In this document: positions 1-10,773 of the stretch, piece after piece | Layout: every line of letters starts with the position of its first letter | Numbering within the stretch: position 1 is the stretch's first letter | NCBI GenBank assembly: GCA_965198175.1 | Contig: OZ240245.1 | Location: 32,001 to 96,000 of the forward strand | Direction of reading: 5' to 3' | From: Candidatus Poribacteria bacterium | GTDB lineage: Bacteria; Poribacteria; WGA-4E; PCPOR2b | DNA: 64,000 nt | Notes under the pieces: model-generated | The model's database searches: none | The model's input: the letters and a program-made list of their open reading frames with translations, nothing else | What the model was told of the DNA's origin: nothing | Position numbers and translations under genes: made by a program

Positions 1-717
1 GAACACTCTTGCTTCACCCTCACTTGTCCCGATACAACCCCCCAAACAACTGTTTCAGCCTTATGCCAACTAGTTGAACGGATTTACCATGAGGTTGGCG
101 AGATGTTTCAGTGTTATCCCCACCACCCAATCCCCATCTCCATCGAAGATGCAAGTCTACCATCTTATTCTGCTCTCAATCGCACACTTCCCGCTTGGGC
201 TGCAGCTCGATATAATGGCGGCATTCAACTCATCCACCGCCCTGGAAACACTGGTTTCGGGATTTTATCGACGTTGATTTGCCACGAATGGGTTCATCTG
301 ACTGTTGATTTAATAGCACAAGGACAGTGTCCAAGGTGGCTTGATGAGGGTCTTGCTCAAACAATCGCCCGTCCTCTCATGAATTTTGAGCACGAATGCC
401 TGCTAAACGCAAGACGAAACCAGCAACTTCTGACAATGGATGTATTGAGAAATCCATTCCACCAACTTGATTCCGGGCAACGCCGCTTAGCATATCTCCA
501 GTCAAGTGCGATAGTGGAATATTTGATAAAACAGTTTGGAATCTCCCTCATCCGTGAGCTTCTCAATCGAATCGGAAACGGAGAACCGTCAGAAATCGCA
601 ATCCAGGAGACTTTGGGGAAAACGCCGGATGAAATTGTAGCCTCGTGGCAACTGGACAACGACGGGACAAGGCGCGAAACTCAGAGTAACCCTCGAAGAG
701 AGAATCCATTTGTATAA
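1..717 (+). CDS. Peptidase MA-like zinc metallopeptidase domain protein (5' truncated by window)
   Basis: HEWVH (HExxH) followed by WLDEGLA and a later AYLQS motif; the frame is open back to base 1. Confidence 0.75.
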   Translation, partial: EHSCFTLTCPDTTPQTTVSALCQLVERIYHEVGEMFQCYPHHPIPISIEDASLPSYSALNRTLPAWAAARYNGGIQLIHRPGNTGFGILSTLICHEWVHLTVDLIAQGQCPRWLDEGLAQTIARPLMNFEHECLLNARRNQQLLTMDVLRNPFHQLDSGQRRLAYLQSSAIVEYLIKQFGISLIRELLNRIGNGEPSEIAIQETLGKTPDEIVASWQLDNDGTRRETQSNPRRENPFV

Positions 718-1206
718 ATGGAAACGCTTGATATCGTTATTTTAGTCCTTGTCGGTTTAGGAGGCTTGAATTGTTTGCGAGTTGGCTTTACCCGCAGCGT
801 TTGGGGAATTGCTGCTATCTCCCTCGGCGTGTTTGCTGCAAGTCAATTATGGAGAGAGCTTGCATTGATCCTGCAGGGTGTAATTAAGCACGAAGGTATC
901 TCGAAATGGGCAAGTGTCATCGCTATTACAGCCGTGGTGAGCATAGCGGTGGATAGGGTTTTTGAGCAGATTCAGAAAATTATGCGTCGAGGCGTGTTAG
1001 GCTGGCTAGACAACGTTGTCGGGGGGCTGTTTGGCGTTGCGGTCAGCGGCGTGTTAATTGGATTGGCGCTCATATTGCTAAATCGCTATGGTGGGAAAGC
1101 GTTTCAAGAAGCTATTGCAGCCTCCCGTTTCGCACCAACGCTTCTAGACGTTGCCCATCAGGTTTTTGATTTCGGAAAAGAGATGATTGAAAAACAAGCA
1201 GGTTAA
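718..1206 (+). CDS. CvpA family membrane protein
   Basis: LDIVILVLV..G..VGF N-terminus, LDNVVGGLFG motif, about 4 hydrophobic segments. Confidence 0.8.
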   Translation: METLDIVILVLVGLGGLNCLRVGFTRSVWGIAAISLGVFAASQLWRELALILQGVIKHEGISKWASVIAITAVVSIAVDRVFEQIQKIMRRGVLGWLDNVVGGLFGVAVSGVLIGLALILLNRYGGKAFQEAIAASRFAPTLLDVAHQVFDFGKEMIEKQAG

Positions 1207-1368
1207 AGTCACTGCAACCAAAAATGACACATATTAATTCGATCAAAAGTGGGTGTCAACCCCCTAAGACTATCGCCTTCGCTATTCACTCAGTTGATCG
1301 CTCCTTATCCAGTCGCCTTCGCAATTCGTTCAGTTGATCCCTTCTCACTCATCACGTTTCATACTGAA

Positions 1369-2268
1369 ATGAAATCGTCCTTTCTTGAGTTCTCTTGGAT
1401 TTGTTCTTTCTGTCTCCTGCCATTTGTCTCTCCTTTAGCATATTCCCACTTTGATGCAGAGAATCTACTCGCCTTCGCCAATTCCCTTTTTCAAGAAGGA
1501 GATTATCCCAATGCCATTCATGAATATCAACGCTATCTCTTCCTCTACCCGAAAGGGGGAAAAAACGATCTCGTTCAATTCCGTATCGCTGCAGCTTATC
1601 AAAACACCAACCAACTGCAAGTAGCAATAGAATCTTACCAGAAATTGATTGCCATCTACCCGATGAGCCCGTTGACCGAGCGAGCAAGATCCAATGTGAC
1701 ACAATGCCAACTGCTGCAAGGCAAGAAAACCACTGCCATCTCGTCATTGCGGCAGCTTTTATCAGATTCTCCAGATAGCAAATTAGCTCCCCGTGCACAA
1801 TTTATTATTGGCATGATTCGCATGGAAAATAGGGACTGGTCAAGTGCCGCACAGGAGTGGAAACAGGTCAGTATCAGATACGCCCAAACACCTTTCGGAG
1901 CGATGAGCGATCGCCTTTCACGAATTGTTCAGCATGGTGAATCTCTGCCTAAACGTTCTCCGACGATGGCTGGACTGCTCTCAGCATTTGCTCCGGGGCT
2001 TGGACAGACATATAGTAACCGTTCTTCTGATGGATTGCGCGCACTGTTAGCCGTTGGTACGGTAGTTGGTGGAACTATATATTATATTGATGAGGAGCGC
2101 TACAGCGTTGCAATTCCATTGGCTGCGATTGGGTTTTCTCTTCATCTGCGTAACATTTATGGCGGTGTACAATCCGCGAAGACCTTCAATCAACAACAAG
2201 AAAGCAAATTCCTCAGTAAACTGAGAACGCAGATTCACGAATCTAATTTATTCGGTGCATCGGATTAA
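1369..2268 (+). CDS. Secreted TPR (BamD/YfiO-like) protein with C-terminal membrane segments
   Basis: TPR motifs (AIHEYQRYLFLYP, AIESYQKLIAIYP) and PGLGQ motif; start moved to ATG 1369 because the longer ORF runs through a repeat. Confidence 0.7.
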   Translation: MKSSFLEFSWICSFCLLPFVSPLAYSHFDAENLLAFANSLFQEGDYPNAIHEYQRYLFLYPKGGKNDLVQFRIAAAYQNTNQLQVAIESYQKLIAIYPMSPLTERARSNVTQCQLLQGKKTTAISSLRQLLSDSPDSKLAPRAQFIIGMIRMENRDWSSAAQEWKQVSIRYAQTPFGAMSDRLSRIVQHGESLPKRSPTMAGLLSAFAPGLGQTYSNRSSDGLRALLAVGTVVGGTIYYIDEERYSVAIPLAAIGFSLHLRNIYGGVQSAKTFNQQQESKFLSKLRTQIHESNLFGASD

Positions 2269-2384
2269 TAGTCTACAAAAACAACCCTCGCGTATTGACA
2301 ATCTTGATTTTAAGCACTACGAATTGTTAGTTAGTAATTGATAAATCTAACCCTCCAATCTTTTCTTTTTCTTGTATCGCTAGC

Positions 2385-3341
2385 GTGAATCAACAAGCTT
2401 CAGTTCCTACCACGTTTTTTCTCCTTTTACTTCCCATCGTTGTTATTTGTCAACAGGCCTGGGCAGAGCAAGATGATTCTCCTCTACGATATGCAGAATA
2501 TCTCTTCAATCACGGAGACTATGAATCATCACTGCTTGAGTACAAACGCTTTCTTTTTTATCATCCGGATACGGATGTGGATGACTTTGTACGTTACCGT
2601 ATCGCACAAGGTTACTATTATCAAGAAGATAGTGAAAAATCCCAGCAGATGCTGGGAGAACTTACGAAGACCCATTCGGATTCCCCGCTCTATCTTCACG
2701 CACAACTGATGTTGGGCAAGTCCTACTTTGACGCCGCAGATTACACGAGTGCCCGCATCAATTTTTCCAAGATTATCCATGCGGATGCAGATGATCAGCT
2801 ATCAGCACAAGCGCAATATCTACGGAGTTGGTGTTATGTTCATGAGTGGAATTGGTTAAAGGGGATTGCGGAATGTCGTAAGGTCAGCCGATTCCAGCCT
2901 GGCAGTTCCCTAAGTATGGTATCCAACCAACTTGCAGACACGACGTTAGCGAATACTCCTTTACCACTCAAGTCTCCTGAACGCGCCCAATGGCTGTCTA
3001 CTGTATTCCCCGGATTCGGGCAAATCTACGTAGGTCAACTCCGAAACGGACTTATCTCCACTGCAGTTAACGCCGTTTTTGTATATCTAGCGGCTGATGC
3101 AACTCGTGACGAGCGTTATGTAGATGCAGTAGGTGTTTCTCTAGTAGGTATGTGGTATTATTGGCGCAATCGGTCGAGTGCGAAAGCGATGGCAGTTGAA
3201 CACAACCGCAAGCTAGCAATCGATCTAGTTCGCGAATTAAGGAAAAAATCGGTGGAGATTAAACCTAAAAAGATTGAAATTCCGGAAGTCGGAGAGGCGC
3301 TCATCCAGAGGACAAAACACGTAGGAAAGCAGAAGAACTGA
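2385..3341 (+). CDS. Secreted TPR protein, paralogue of the upstream gene
   Basis: Signal peptide (AWA), LLEYKRFLFYHP TPR, KSP..A.WLS.VFPGFGQ motif shared with 1369..2268. Confidence 0.7.
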   Translation: MNQQASVPTTFFLLLLPIVVICQQAWAEQDDSPLRYAEYLFNHGDYESSLLEYKRFLFYHPDTDVDDFVRYRIAQGYYYQEDSEKSQQMLGELTKTHSDSPLYLHAQLMLGKSYFDAADYTSARINFSKIIHADADDQLSAQAQYLRSWCYVHEWNWLKGIAECRKVSRFQPGSSLSMVSNQLADTTLANTPLPLKSPERAQWLSTVFPGFGQIYVGQLRNGLISTAVNAVFVYLAADATRDERYVDAVGVSLVGMWYYWRNRSSAKAMAVEHNRKLAIDLVRELRKKSVEIKPKKIEIPEVGEALIQRTKHVGKQKN

Positions 3342-3582
3342 CCGCCCTCCATAAAAATTGAGATGGAACGAATCAGGGATTTACAATCATACAGTCCTCT
3401 AGCAGACGAGTTCAAAAATATCAGCCATGTTCGGCGTTCATCAACGCCGCCCTAGCAGCAATACACAAAGGGGTAGAATTATAACCACCCTCATCGGAAG
3501 CATCCTCATACCCTACACTTTAATGAAGGACTACCGCAACACTTTGGTTTGAAATCTAATGTTTGAGATATAACACACCGCG

Positions 3583-5226
3583 TTACTCGCGCCAAGCGTG
3601 CTGACTAAGAATATCATCCTGGCCCAACTCATCGAAAAGAAGGGCGATATTGCCGCCGTCCGCATCCATAACCCAGATGCCCAGGCTGCCGTTGCGGTCA
3701 CTGCTGAAGGCGACCTTCGTCCCGTCTGCAGACCAACACGGATAGCCGTTGTAACTGTCCTCGTCGGTCAAGCGGGTTTGAAGCAGCGAAAATAGATCGA
3801 GGAAATACACAGCAGCACGGAACGGAGAAATCTCCTTGGTAAATACCAATTTCGAGCCAGCCGGACTCCAATCCGGATGGAGGTCGTTGTTCGTGCTAGA
3901 AGTTAAACGTTCAACACCGGCTTCTATTCCTAGTGGATTGGCGACTGGTGCCTGGGGTAGATGATGCTCCTTTTGCCCTGCACGTAGTATTTCATGCGGT
4001 TTTGTCTCCGGTTCCGACTCCGGTTCCGGGGTTGGCTCCGGCTCCGGTTCTACTTCCGGTTCTGGCTCGGGCTCGGGCTCCGGTTCCAGTTCTACTTTTG
4101 GTGGGAGTGCCGCGTTAGCGGCAAGAAATGCTTCAATGTCCACCACATAGAGATCTCTTTCATAGGAATACGCAATCTGGCTACCGTCAGGCGACCACGT
4201 CGGTCTGGATTCAGCGTGGCAGACGGAAAGTCGAACGCGATTTTCTCCGTTTACATCCATGGTGTAAATCGCCGGTTTACGAAGGGTTTTCGCATGAACG
4301 AAAGCGATGCGATCCCCATCAGGTGACCAAGCCGGATGCCGATCATTGAAATTGTCTCCGCTGATAGACTTTGTATTCCGACCACGGCTATTCATAACAT
4401 AGATTTGTGGTGGAGCACCGCCTTCTGAACGACTAAAGATAATTCCCCCACCATTGGGCGACCAGCTAGGCTGGTCGTCGAAAAAGTGTGTAAGCACCGT
4501 CTCGTTTGCACGGTTTGCGTTAATAACTGAAATCCCAAAAAAATCTTCGCCAGCAACATTTCCGCGAGCAAAGACAATTTGCCCTGTCATCTTGCGGCGA
4601 ACAGAAATCTTTCGTACGACATCTCTATCACCGACAGTGATACCCGGCATGTGTATTGTGTCATAGCCCGGCTTTTCTGCGGTCAAATTGTATTGTCCCT
4701 CAGAAACGGGGGCAATTTTATATTGGCCTGCAGAGTTCGTAACTGACGCGCGATCACCCAAAGTAATGAGGACATTTCGCACAAGATTGCCGTCGTTAGA
4801 AATCACCTCTCCCTCAAACCTAACGCCGGGTTCAAGGCGGAAATCAACGGTTGCCGGATCTTTGCGAGTGACTTTCACTGCCGCTTGTTGGTCCAGATAA
4901 CCAAGAGCAAAAATGCGCAGGGTATAGTCGCCGCTTTTGAGCGATTCAAATCTAAAGATTCCGTTAGCATCGGTGGTTGTAGATGCGACATCCTCAAAGA
5001 TGAATTTTTCTTCTGTAACGCTCTTTTTCGTAGCCAACGTGATTGTCGCATCTGCAATTCCAGCATGGGTGACCAAATCTGTAACGGATCCTGAGATGAT
5101 TCCCTCCGCCGATGACACAATCCTCGGACCGACATCTTCGGAATCGTCACCGCCGCAACCGGAAAAAAACACAAACAGAACAAATACAAATAGAGCAAGG
5201 TAAGAGTAGCGGATCAAGTTCTCCAT
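3583..5226 (-). CDS. Lipoprotein with carboxypeptidase-regulatory-like domains and a TolB-like (PD40) beta-propeller
   Basis: Lipobox FSGC, TTTDANGIFRF and VTNSAGQY repeats, multiple P.WSPDG blades, internal (EP)n tract. Confidence 0.8.
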   Translation of the reverse strand: MENLIRYSYLALFVFVLFVFFSGCGGDDSEDVGPRIVSSAEGIISGSVTDLVTHAGIADATITLATKKSVTEEKFIFEDVASTTTDANGIFRFESLKSGDYTLRIFALGYLDQQAAVKVTRKDPATVDFRLEPGVRFEGEVISNDGNLVRNVLITLGDRASVTNSAGQYKIAPVSEGQYNLTAEKPGYDTIHMPGITVGDRDVVRKISVRRKMTGQIVFARGNVAGEDFFGISVINANRANETVLTHFFDDQPSWSPNGGGIIFSRSEGGAPPQIYVMNSRGRNTKSISGDNFNDRHPAWSPDGDRIAFVHAKTLRKPAIYTMDVNGENRVRLSVCHAESRPTWSPDGSQIAYSYERDLYVVDIEAFLAANAALPPKVELEPEPEPEPEPEVEPEPEPTPEPESEPETKPHEILRAGQKEHHLPQAPVANPLGIEAGVERLTSSTNNDLHPDWSPAGSKLVFTKEISPFRAAVYFLDLFSLLQTRLTDEDSYNGYPCWSADGTKVAFSSDRNGSLGIWVMDADGGNIALLFDELGQDDILSQHAWRE

Positions 5227-5375
5227 AATAATTCGTGGGTACGTTTATCCGTCAGAGACAGACAAACATGCCACCTCCTCCTTTCAAATTTCGTCTAGTG
5301 ACAAAAAGCTTCGATTCATCAGTTCTTCTCTCTAAACCAATGTACCAGTTCTTGATTTAATGTTAGACCAGAAAT

Positions 5376-6992
5376 CTACAATTTCTGTGCGACATTTGGT
5401 GCTTTTTTCCAACGACTATCGTCGCCTGAATCTTTCAAAACCGTTTCGGGAATGTAGTTGCTGTAATCCGAAATATTCCCGTGTGTAATAGCATAGACGA
5501 CAATGTTGATTAGGTGCCGCGCCGCGTGGGGCGCGGATTTCTCTAGAACCTGATTATAACTTTGCAACTTGCCATAGAAAGGTTTCTGAACTGCACCATC
5601 GACCACATGCATCATCTGTTCGGTATCGACTAACACGGCAAGCCGTCCATCGATAGTGATGCCTTGCAGATCGGAATAAGTACCAAAGTGAAGGGGGATG
5701 CTATGACCGCCCATGGTTGTGACCTTGCGCAAGGGAAAACGCAAGGGACCATTTAGCGAATAATAGGTGTTGTAAATCTCGTGGTCATTGCGAATCAAGC
5801 CGAGTTGATGCTCCGGCAGGAGGCTCCGAAGTACCTTCCTTGTGCCTCTCATTGCGTTTTCCGCATTCCCATGCGTTGCTATATAGATGAATCCCCCACG
5901 ATGGATCACATACTCTCGCAAACTTTGGACTTCAGCGTCAGTGTACTTACTTAATCCACCCGGACGCCTCGTATTCCAAATTGGATTACTGTGAGAGTTG
6001 AACACTCGCCTCAGATGTTCTGGACTTATATTTGAGCCGCCGGGTATCGGCTCCATGAATATGATTGGTGCCTGGAAGAACCCGGCGTCGTTCATTCCGA
6101 CTGCATCGGCAAACTGTGTTTTAATCTGAGTTTTTTCATTCAGCGATTGCACTAGATAGGACAGACCTGCCCCAAATCGGAAATTGCCGACACCGCTACC
6201 TCATATATCTGCGCTGGGGTGAAGGGGATCTTCAAAACGTGCTAGGTTTAATCGCCCCCTTATATTTCGTCCGCGTCCCACAACGATAGCACCGGGAGTC
6301 CCATGGGGGAGTTCAGGCACCCCACCTCCTAGCGCTACCTTTTCGGTGACATCGGAAAGGGCGTCATCAATGTTGGTCGCTCCTTCCGCAGCAACCAGCG
6401 AAGTCAGTCCAACCCGGTCCCTTACCCATGTCCCATTCACGTCGCCTTCTGAACTGAAAGCGCCACGTCCAACACTGGTACCAGCTCCTTCGCCATCAGA
6501 GAGCGAACCGCTTCCACTCGGTCCTGTGGTTAACGGAACATAAGACTGGGTCGGAAGATCGACTGCAGTGGCAAGGAGTTGCGCGGGACGGCGATTGACG
6601 CGAGTAGACTGAACGATTCCTTGGACAGAAATTTCGGCGCGCGCAGATTGTATGGGAGACTGAGAAACCGCGGCATCCACCGACACGGCTTTCGCCGCAA
6701 ATACGGAGGTAGATTTCATCGGATGGGTTGTCAGAGAGCGGGTTTGCGCCGGAGCCAACTCCGGCTTGATTTGAAAATCAGCCGTAGGAATTATCCGCGT
6801 GGCGGTAGGTGCATTGACACGTGGTAATCTCTCTACGGTCGGCACCGGTTTTATTTTCAGAATGCTCACATTTAAGGCATCAACATCTCTCGAATTGGTT
6901 TGGTTGATGGCGATGAAACTGATGATAATCGCGAGGCATAGATGTACCGTTAGAGACATGAACCAGAAGCGGTACATGTGATGAGATTTCAT
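5376..6992 (-). CDS. Membrane-anchored DUF4159-like protein; single 538-codon frame interrupted by UGA at codon 264 (candidate selenoprotein, or nonsense-split gene)
   Basis: ORFs 6201..6992 and 5376..6152 are in frame and separated only by TGA plus 16 sense codons; N-terminal SLTVHLCLAII anchor; LREYVIHRGGFIYI, DHEIYNTYYSL, LQGITIDGRLAV and INIVVYAITH motifs. Confidence 0.7.
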
Positions 6993-8066
6993 AGGTGTAA
7001 CCTCCTTAAGCGAATAATTCGGCTTGTATTTCCGTATTGGGTGAAGTATGCCTTCTACCTTGACGGAATGCTCAGAGGAACCACAATCCCCAAAACCGAC
7101 TCGGTTGCCGGTTATTGCAGATGTTACCCCACGCTACGCAATCTTTCTGCGAGTTTAACGAAACTGAACCGTGTTCTTCGATATGGCTTTCTTTATAGCA
7201 AATTATATGCCACAATCAAATAGTCCTATCCAATTTGACTTGGTTTCGATTCGACAAGCATGATGTATCAACGTATCTGAGCAGTTTGAAACTTTTCAGC
7301 CTGGTGCGGTTACGTTTTGAAGCGGTGTGAAAAGGGATGCGATATTTGCTGACAAAATACCAGCAAATCACGCTGGTAAATCGTGGGAACTCGTACCAAA
7401 TCTAGCGTTTGGACATTTGGACGATATCAAAACATATTTACAAAATGCAGTAAATGTCGCACTCCTTTTAAGGAGGAGGTGCCGGTGGGAGAAGGCTGTT
7501 GATACAGTTTTCCGAAGGAGTGCTCTTTTCCGGTCGAGATGTAACACCAAATTCCACTTAAAAAATAAATATTCATACCCGCATCAATTTCGCCACACTA
7601 TCCCTGTTAATCCCCAGAAGTTCCCTCCGCAGCCCGGTCCTGCACCAAACGGTGCACTTTGAACGAAATCTTGCCCTCTTCTGTGCACTCAATGGATGAA
7701 ATCAATCCTCGTTCACGGTATGATTCGGCTATCATTGATGGTATTGAAGTTGTCTTTTGGTAGGAAACAGCATCATTGCCCCCATCTCGTTTGAAGGCAG
7801 GACCGACGCGAATAGGTTCAATGGTCCGACTTAAACCCGATTGAACGGGATTTTGCGATTGATTCATACCGTTAGGTGTCAATCTGTGAATACATTACTA
7901 AGCGCTCCTGCGTTCACCAATTTTTGCTGAAAAGTAACATTCGGCGGAGGTGCCAGCTTTATCTACAGTTGCAAATTCAGTTGAAATAAGGTATTATGAA
8001 AAGGGAAAATGTATAGACATTTAACGGATTAGTTCATTGGCTCTCGACGGAAAGGTATTTCGCCGT

Positions 8067-9107
8067 ATGTCAGAAGTTGACCCTCTTGACAAATTCCTCC
8101 AAGAAACAAAAGAGAAAATTGATACGTATATCTTCGATTTTCTACCTCAAGAGCATGAACGCACTGAAGTGCGTCGGCTCTACGAAATGATGAGGGATTA
8201 TCCGCTGCGATCCGGCAAACGTTTGCGCCCCGCACTCTGTCTGCTTATTTGCGAAGCGTTCGGTGGAAATCCACAGGAGGCATTCAATACTGCCGCGGCA
8301 CTCGAAATTCTGCAAGACTGGCTCTTAATCCATGACGATATTGAAGACGATTCGGATTTGCGTCGAGGGCAACCGTGTCTGCATCAAAAGCATGGCATTC
8401 CAATGGCAATTAACGTCGGCGATGCGCTCCACTGCAAAATGTGGGAAATGCTCCATGAGAATGCAGATTCACTTGGCTACGAGATTGCATTTCAGATTCT
8501 ATCAGAGTTCTCACGACTCAGCAATCAGGTCGTTGAAGGACAACATATCGAACTGAGCTGGGTTAGCAATAATCGCTGGAATCTGACTGAAGCGGATTAC
8601 TGGACAATGTGTGTGCAGAAGACAGCCTGGTACACATGTATTACGCCTTGTCGAGTCGGCGCATTAATCGCTGGGGTAACGAAAGCTGAAGCCAATCAAT
8701 TCGACGATATTGGCATGAATCTCGGGGTTGCCTTTCAGATCCAAGACGATGTGCTCAATCTTGTCGGCGAAGTGGGACGGTATGGTAAGGAGATTGCCGG
8801 GGACATCAGTGAGGGGAAACGCACGCTTGTTCTCATCCACCTCTTTAGTTCATGTACAAAGGTAGAGGCGCTGCGTGTAATCGAGATTATGGATAAACCT
8901 CGAGAGGATAAGAATCAAGACGAAATTGAAGAGGTGTTACACTTGATGGGGAAGTACAAGTCGATCCAATATGCACAACAGCAGTCCAAGAAACTCGCTC
9001 AGACGGCATACACACAGTTCAATCATGAATTTGCTCATCTACCGGATAGCCGGGCAAAAAACCTCTTTTTGCGTCTAATACATTTCGTCATTGAACGAGA
9101 GTATTAA
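8067..9107 (+). CDS. Polyprenyl diphosphate synthase (GGPP synthase/IdsA-like)
   Basis: GKRLRP, LIHDDIEDDSDLRRGQP (FARM), FQIQDDVL (SARM), GDISEGK. Confidence 0.92.
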   Translation: MSEVDPLDKFLQETKEKIDTYIFDFLPQEHERTEVRRLYEMMRDYPLRSGKRLRPALCLLICEAFGGNPQEAFNTAAALEILQDWLLIHDDIEDDSDLRRGQPCLHQKHGIPMAINVGDALHCKMWEMLHENADSLGYEIAFQILSEFSRLSNQVVEGQHIELSWVSNNRWNLTEADYWTMCVQKTAWYTCITPCRVGALIAGVTKAEANQFDDIGMNLGVAFQIQDDVLNLVGEVGRYGKEIAGDISEGKRTLVLIHLFSSCTKVEALRVIEIMDKPREDKNQDEIEEVLHLMGKYKSIQYAQQQSKKLAQTAYTQFNHEFAHLPDSRAKNLFLRLIHFVIEREY

Positions 9108-9235
9108 GAATTCTGCCATGAATATCGCACAATACTTGCCGTTTGCAACGCTTTGCTTTCAAGCCTCTTTCGCAACAAGCATGCGTGTAATGTAGAGATA
9201 TTGCTAAAACACTGATTTGACAATTGGCCAATTCG

Positions 9236-9964
9236 TTATTGGCACGCTTTTACAAATGCCGTAAACAAATTCAGCGCATCAGGGTGTCGTTCCCACATCA
9301 ACTCCGGATGACACTCCACCCCCAGGGCAAATGAGTGCGTGGGATTTTCGATGGCTTCAATTACACCATCTTTGGAGTGTGCTGTCGCAACAAACCCATC
9401 CCCAACGTCTCGCACCGCTTGATGATGGAACGAGTTGACTCGTGTCGACGTGCTGCCGACAATCTGTTGCAGGCGACTGCCGTGAAGAATATCAATCGTA
9501 TGCGATGCATACCAACCTGGCCCCTTCTGCAGATGGCACAAAGTTGGCTGGGGCATGTCCGATGCAATATCTTGGTATATTGTTCCACCTGCAGCAACAC
9601 TCAAAACTTGCATACCCCGACAGGTTGCGAAAATTGGCAAGTTCTGATGCAATGCTTTTTGCGTCAGATGGAGTTCCATTTCATCACGCACTCGGTCGAC
9701 GTTGCCAATCTTTTGGTGCGGCTCCTGACCAAACAGCAACGGATCAATATCTCCCCCACCGGACAATAGGAGTCCGTCAAGCAGCCTGAGGTAATGGTCG
9801 ATGCAGTCCGAATTTTCAACGTGTGGAAGAAGGAGCGGTGTCCCGCCAACATATTCAATCACGCGAGCATAGTCACGCGCGATTTGGTTGCGTTCCAAAA
9901 AATGCATTGTGCCTTCGATATTGGTAACTGTCAAACTACAAGTGATGCCGATAACGGAACGCAT
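9236..9964 (-). CDS. Gamma-glutamyl-gamma-aminobutyrate hydrolase family (peptidase C26, PuuD-like)
   Basis: LLLSGGGDIDP, ATCRGMQ nucleophile, VNSFHHQAV, HPE. Confidence 0.88.
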   Translation of the reverse strand: MRSVIGITCSLTVTNIEGTMHFLERNQIARDYARVIEYVGGTPLLLPHVENSDCIDHYLRLLDGLLLSGGGDIDPLLFGQEPHQKIGNVDRVRDEMELHLTQKALHQNLPIFATCRGMQVLSVAAGGTIYQDIASDMPQPTLCHLQKGPGWYASHTIDILHGSRLQQIVGSTSTRVNSFHHQAVRDVGDGFVATAHSKDGVIEAIENPTHSFALGVECHPELMWERHPDALNLFTAFVKACQ

Positions 9965-10042
9965 TTGCAATTCCTTTGTTTGGATATCAGGTATCAGGTT
10001 ACACGTAATACCCAATACACCAGTAAGGAGGTTGTCGAAACC

Positions 10043-10756
10043 GTGTTGATCTTACCAGCAATCGATCTCCGAAATGGAAAATGTGTCAATTTGTTACAAG
10101 GTCGCCCCGAGGACGAAACAATCTTTTCGAATCAGCCAGTAACAATGGCAAAGCAGTGGCAAGAAGAAGGCGCCGAATATCTGCATCTTGTAGATCTCAA
10201 TGGCGCCTTTCAAGGTACAACGGGCAACCTTCCCATCGTCAAGGAAATCGTCGACACAGTTAGTATTCCTACGCAGTTGGGTGGCGGTATACGCACAATG
10301 GAGAGGTTGAATCAGATTTTGGACCTCGGCGTAGCACGGGCAATTCTTGGAACAGCGGCGCTTAAAAATCCGCAGTTGGTTGAGGAGGCGTCCAAAAAGT
10401 ATGGGAATCGAATTGCTATCGGCATTGACGCAAAAGAGGGTATGGTTGCAACAGAGGGCTGGCTGAATATATCTAAAAAAAACGCTCTTGCATTCGCCAA
10501 AGAGATAGAAGCCCATGGGATTCAATCCATCATCTACACGGACATTAAAAGCGATGGTATGCTGAAGGGACCTAACCTGGAGGCAACTCAAGCTATGATT
10601 GAGACGGTACAGATTGATGTCATCGCTTCAGGTGGAATCACGTCAATTCAAGATGTTGCAGCTCTCAAAACATACGGAGCAGCGGGGGCTATTATAGGTC
10701 GCGCGCTTTATACGAACGCTTTAAGGCTGAAAGCCGCAATTGCTGTTGCCCACTAA
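10043..10756 (+). CDS. hisA: ProFAR isomerase
   Basis: ILPAIDLRNGKCV, LHLVDLNGA, QLGGGIR, TDIKSDGML, IASGG; AAGGAGG RBS before GTG 10043. Confidence 0.95.
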   Translation: MLILPAIDLRNGKCVNLLQGRPEDETIFSNQPVTMAKQWQEEGAEYLHLVDLNGAFQGTTGNLPIVKEIVDTVSIPTQLGGGIRTMERLNQILDLGVARAILGTAALKNPQLVEEASKKYGNRIAIGIDAKEGMVATEGWLNISKKNALAFAKEIEAHGIQSIIYTDIKSDGMLKGPNLEATQAMIETVQIDVIASGGITSIQDVAALKTYGAAGAIIGRALYTNALRLKAAIAVAH

Positions 10757-10773
10757 GAAGAATACCGCCCCTT

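Noticed and set aside
9794..10042. N-terminal extension of HisA overlapping the puuD-like gene
   Set aside because: A strong RBS precedes GTG 10043, where HisA similarity begins; the extension is an ORF-caller artefact.
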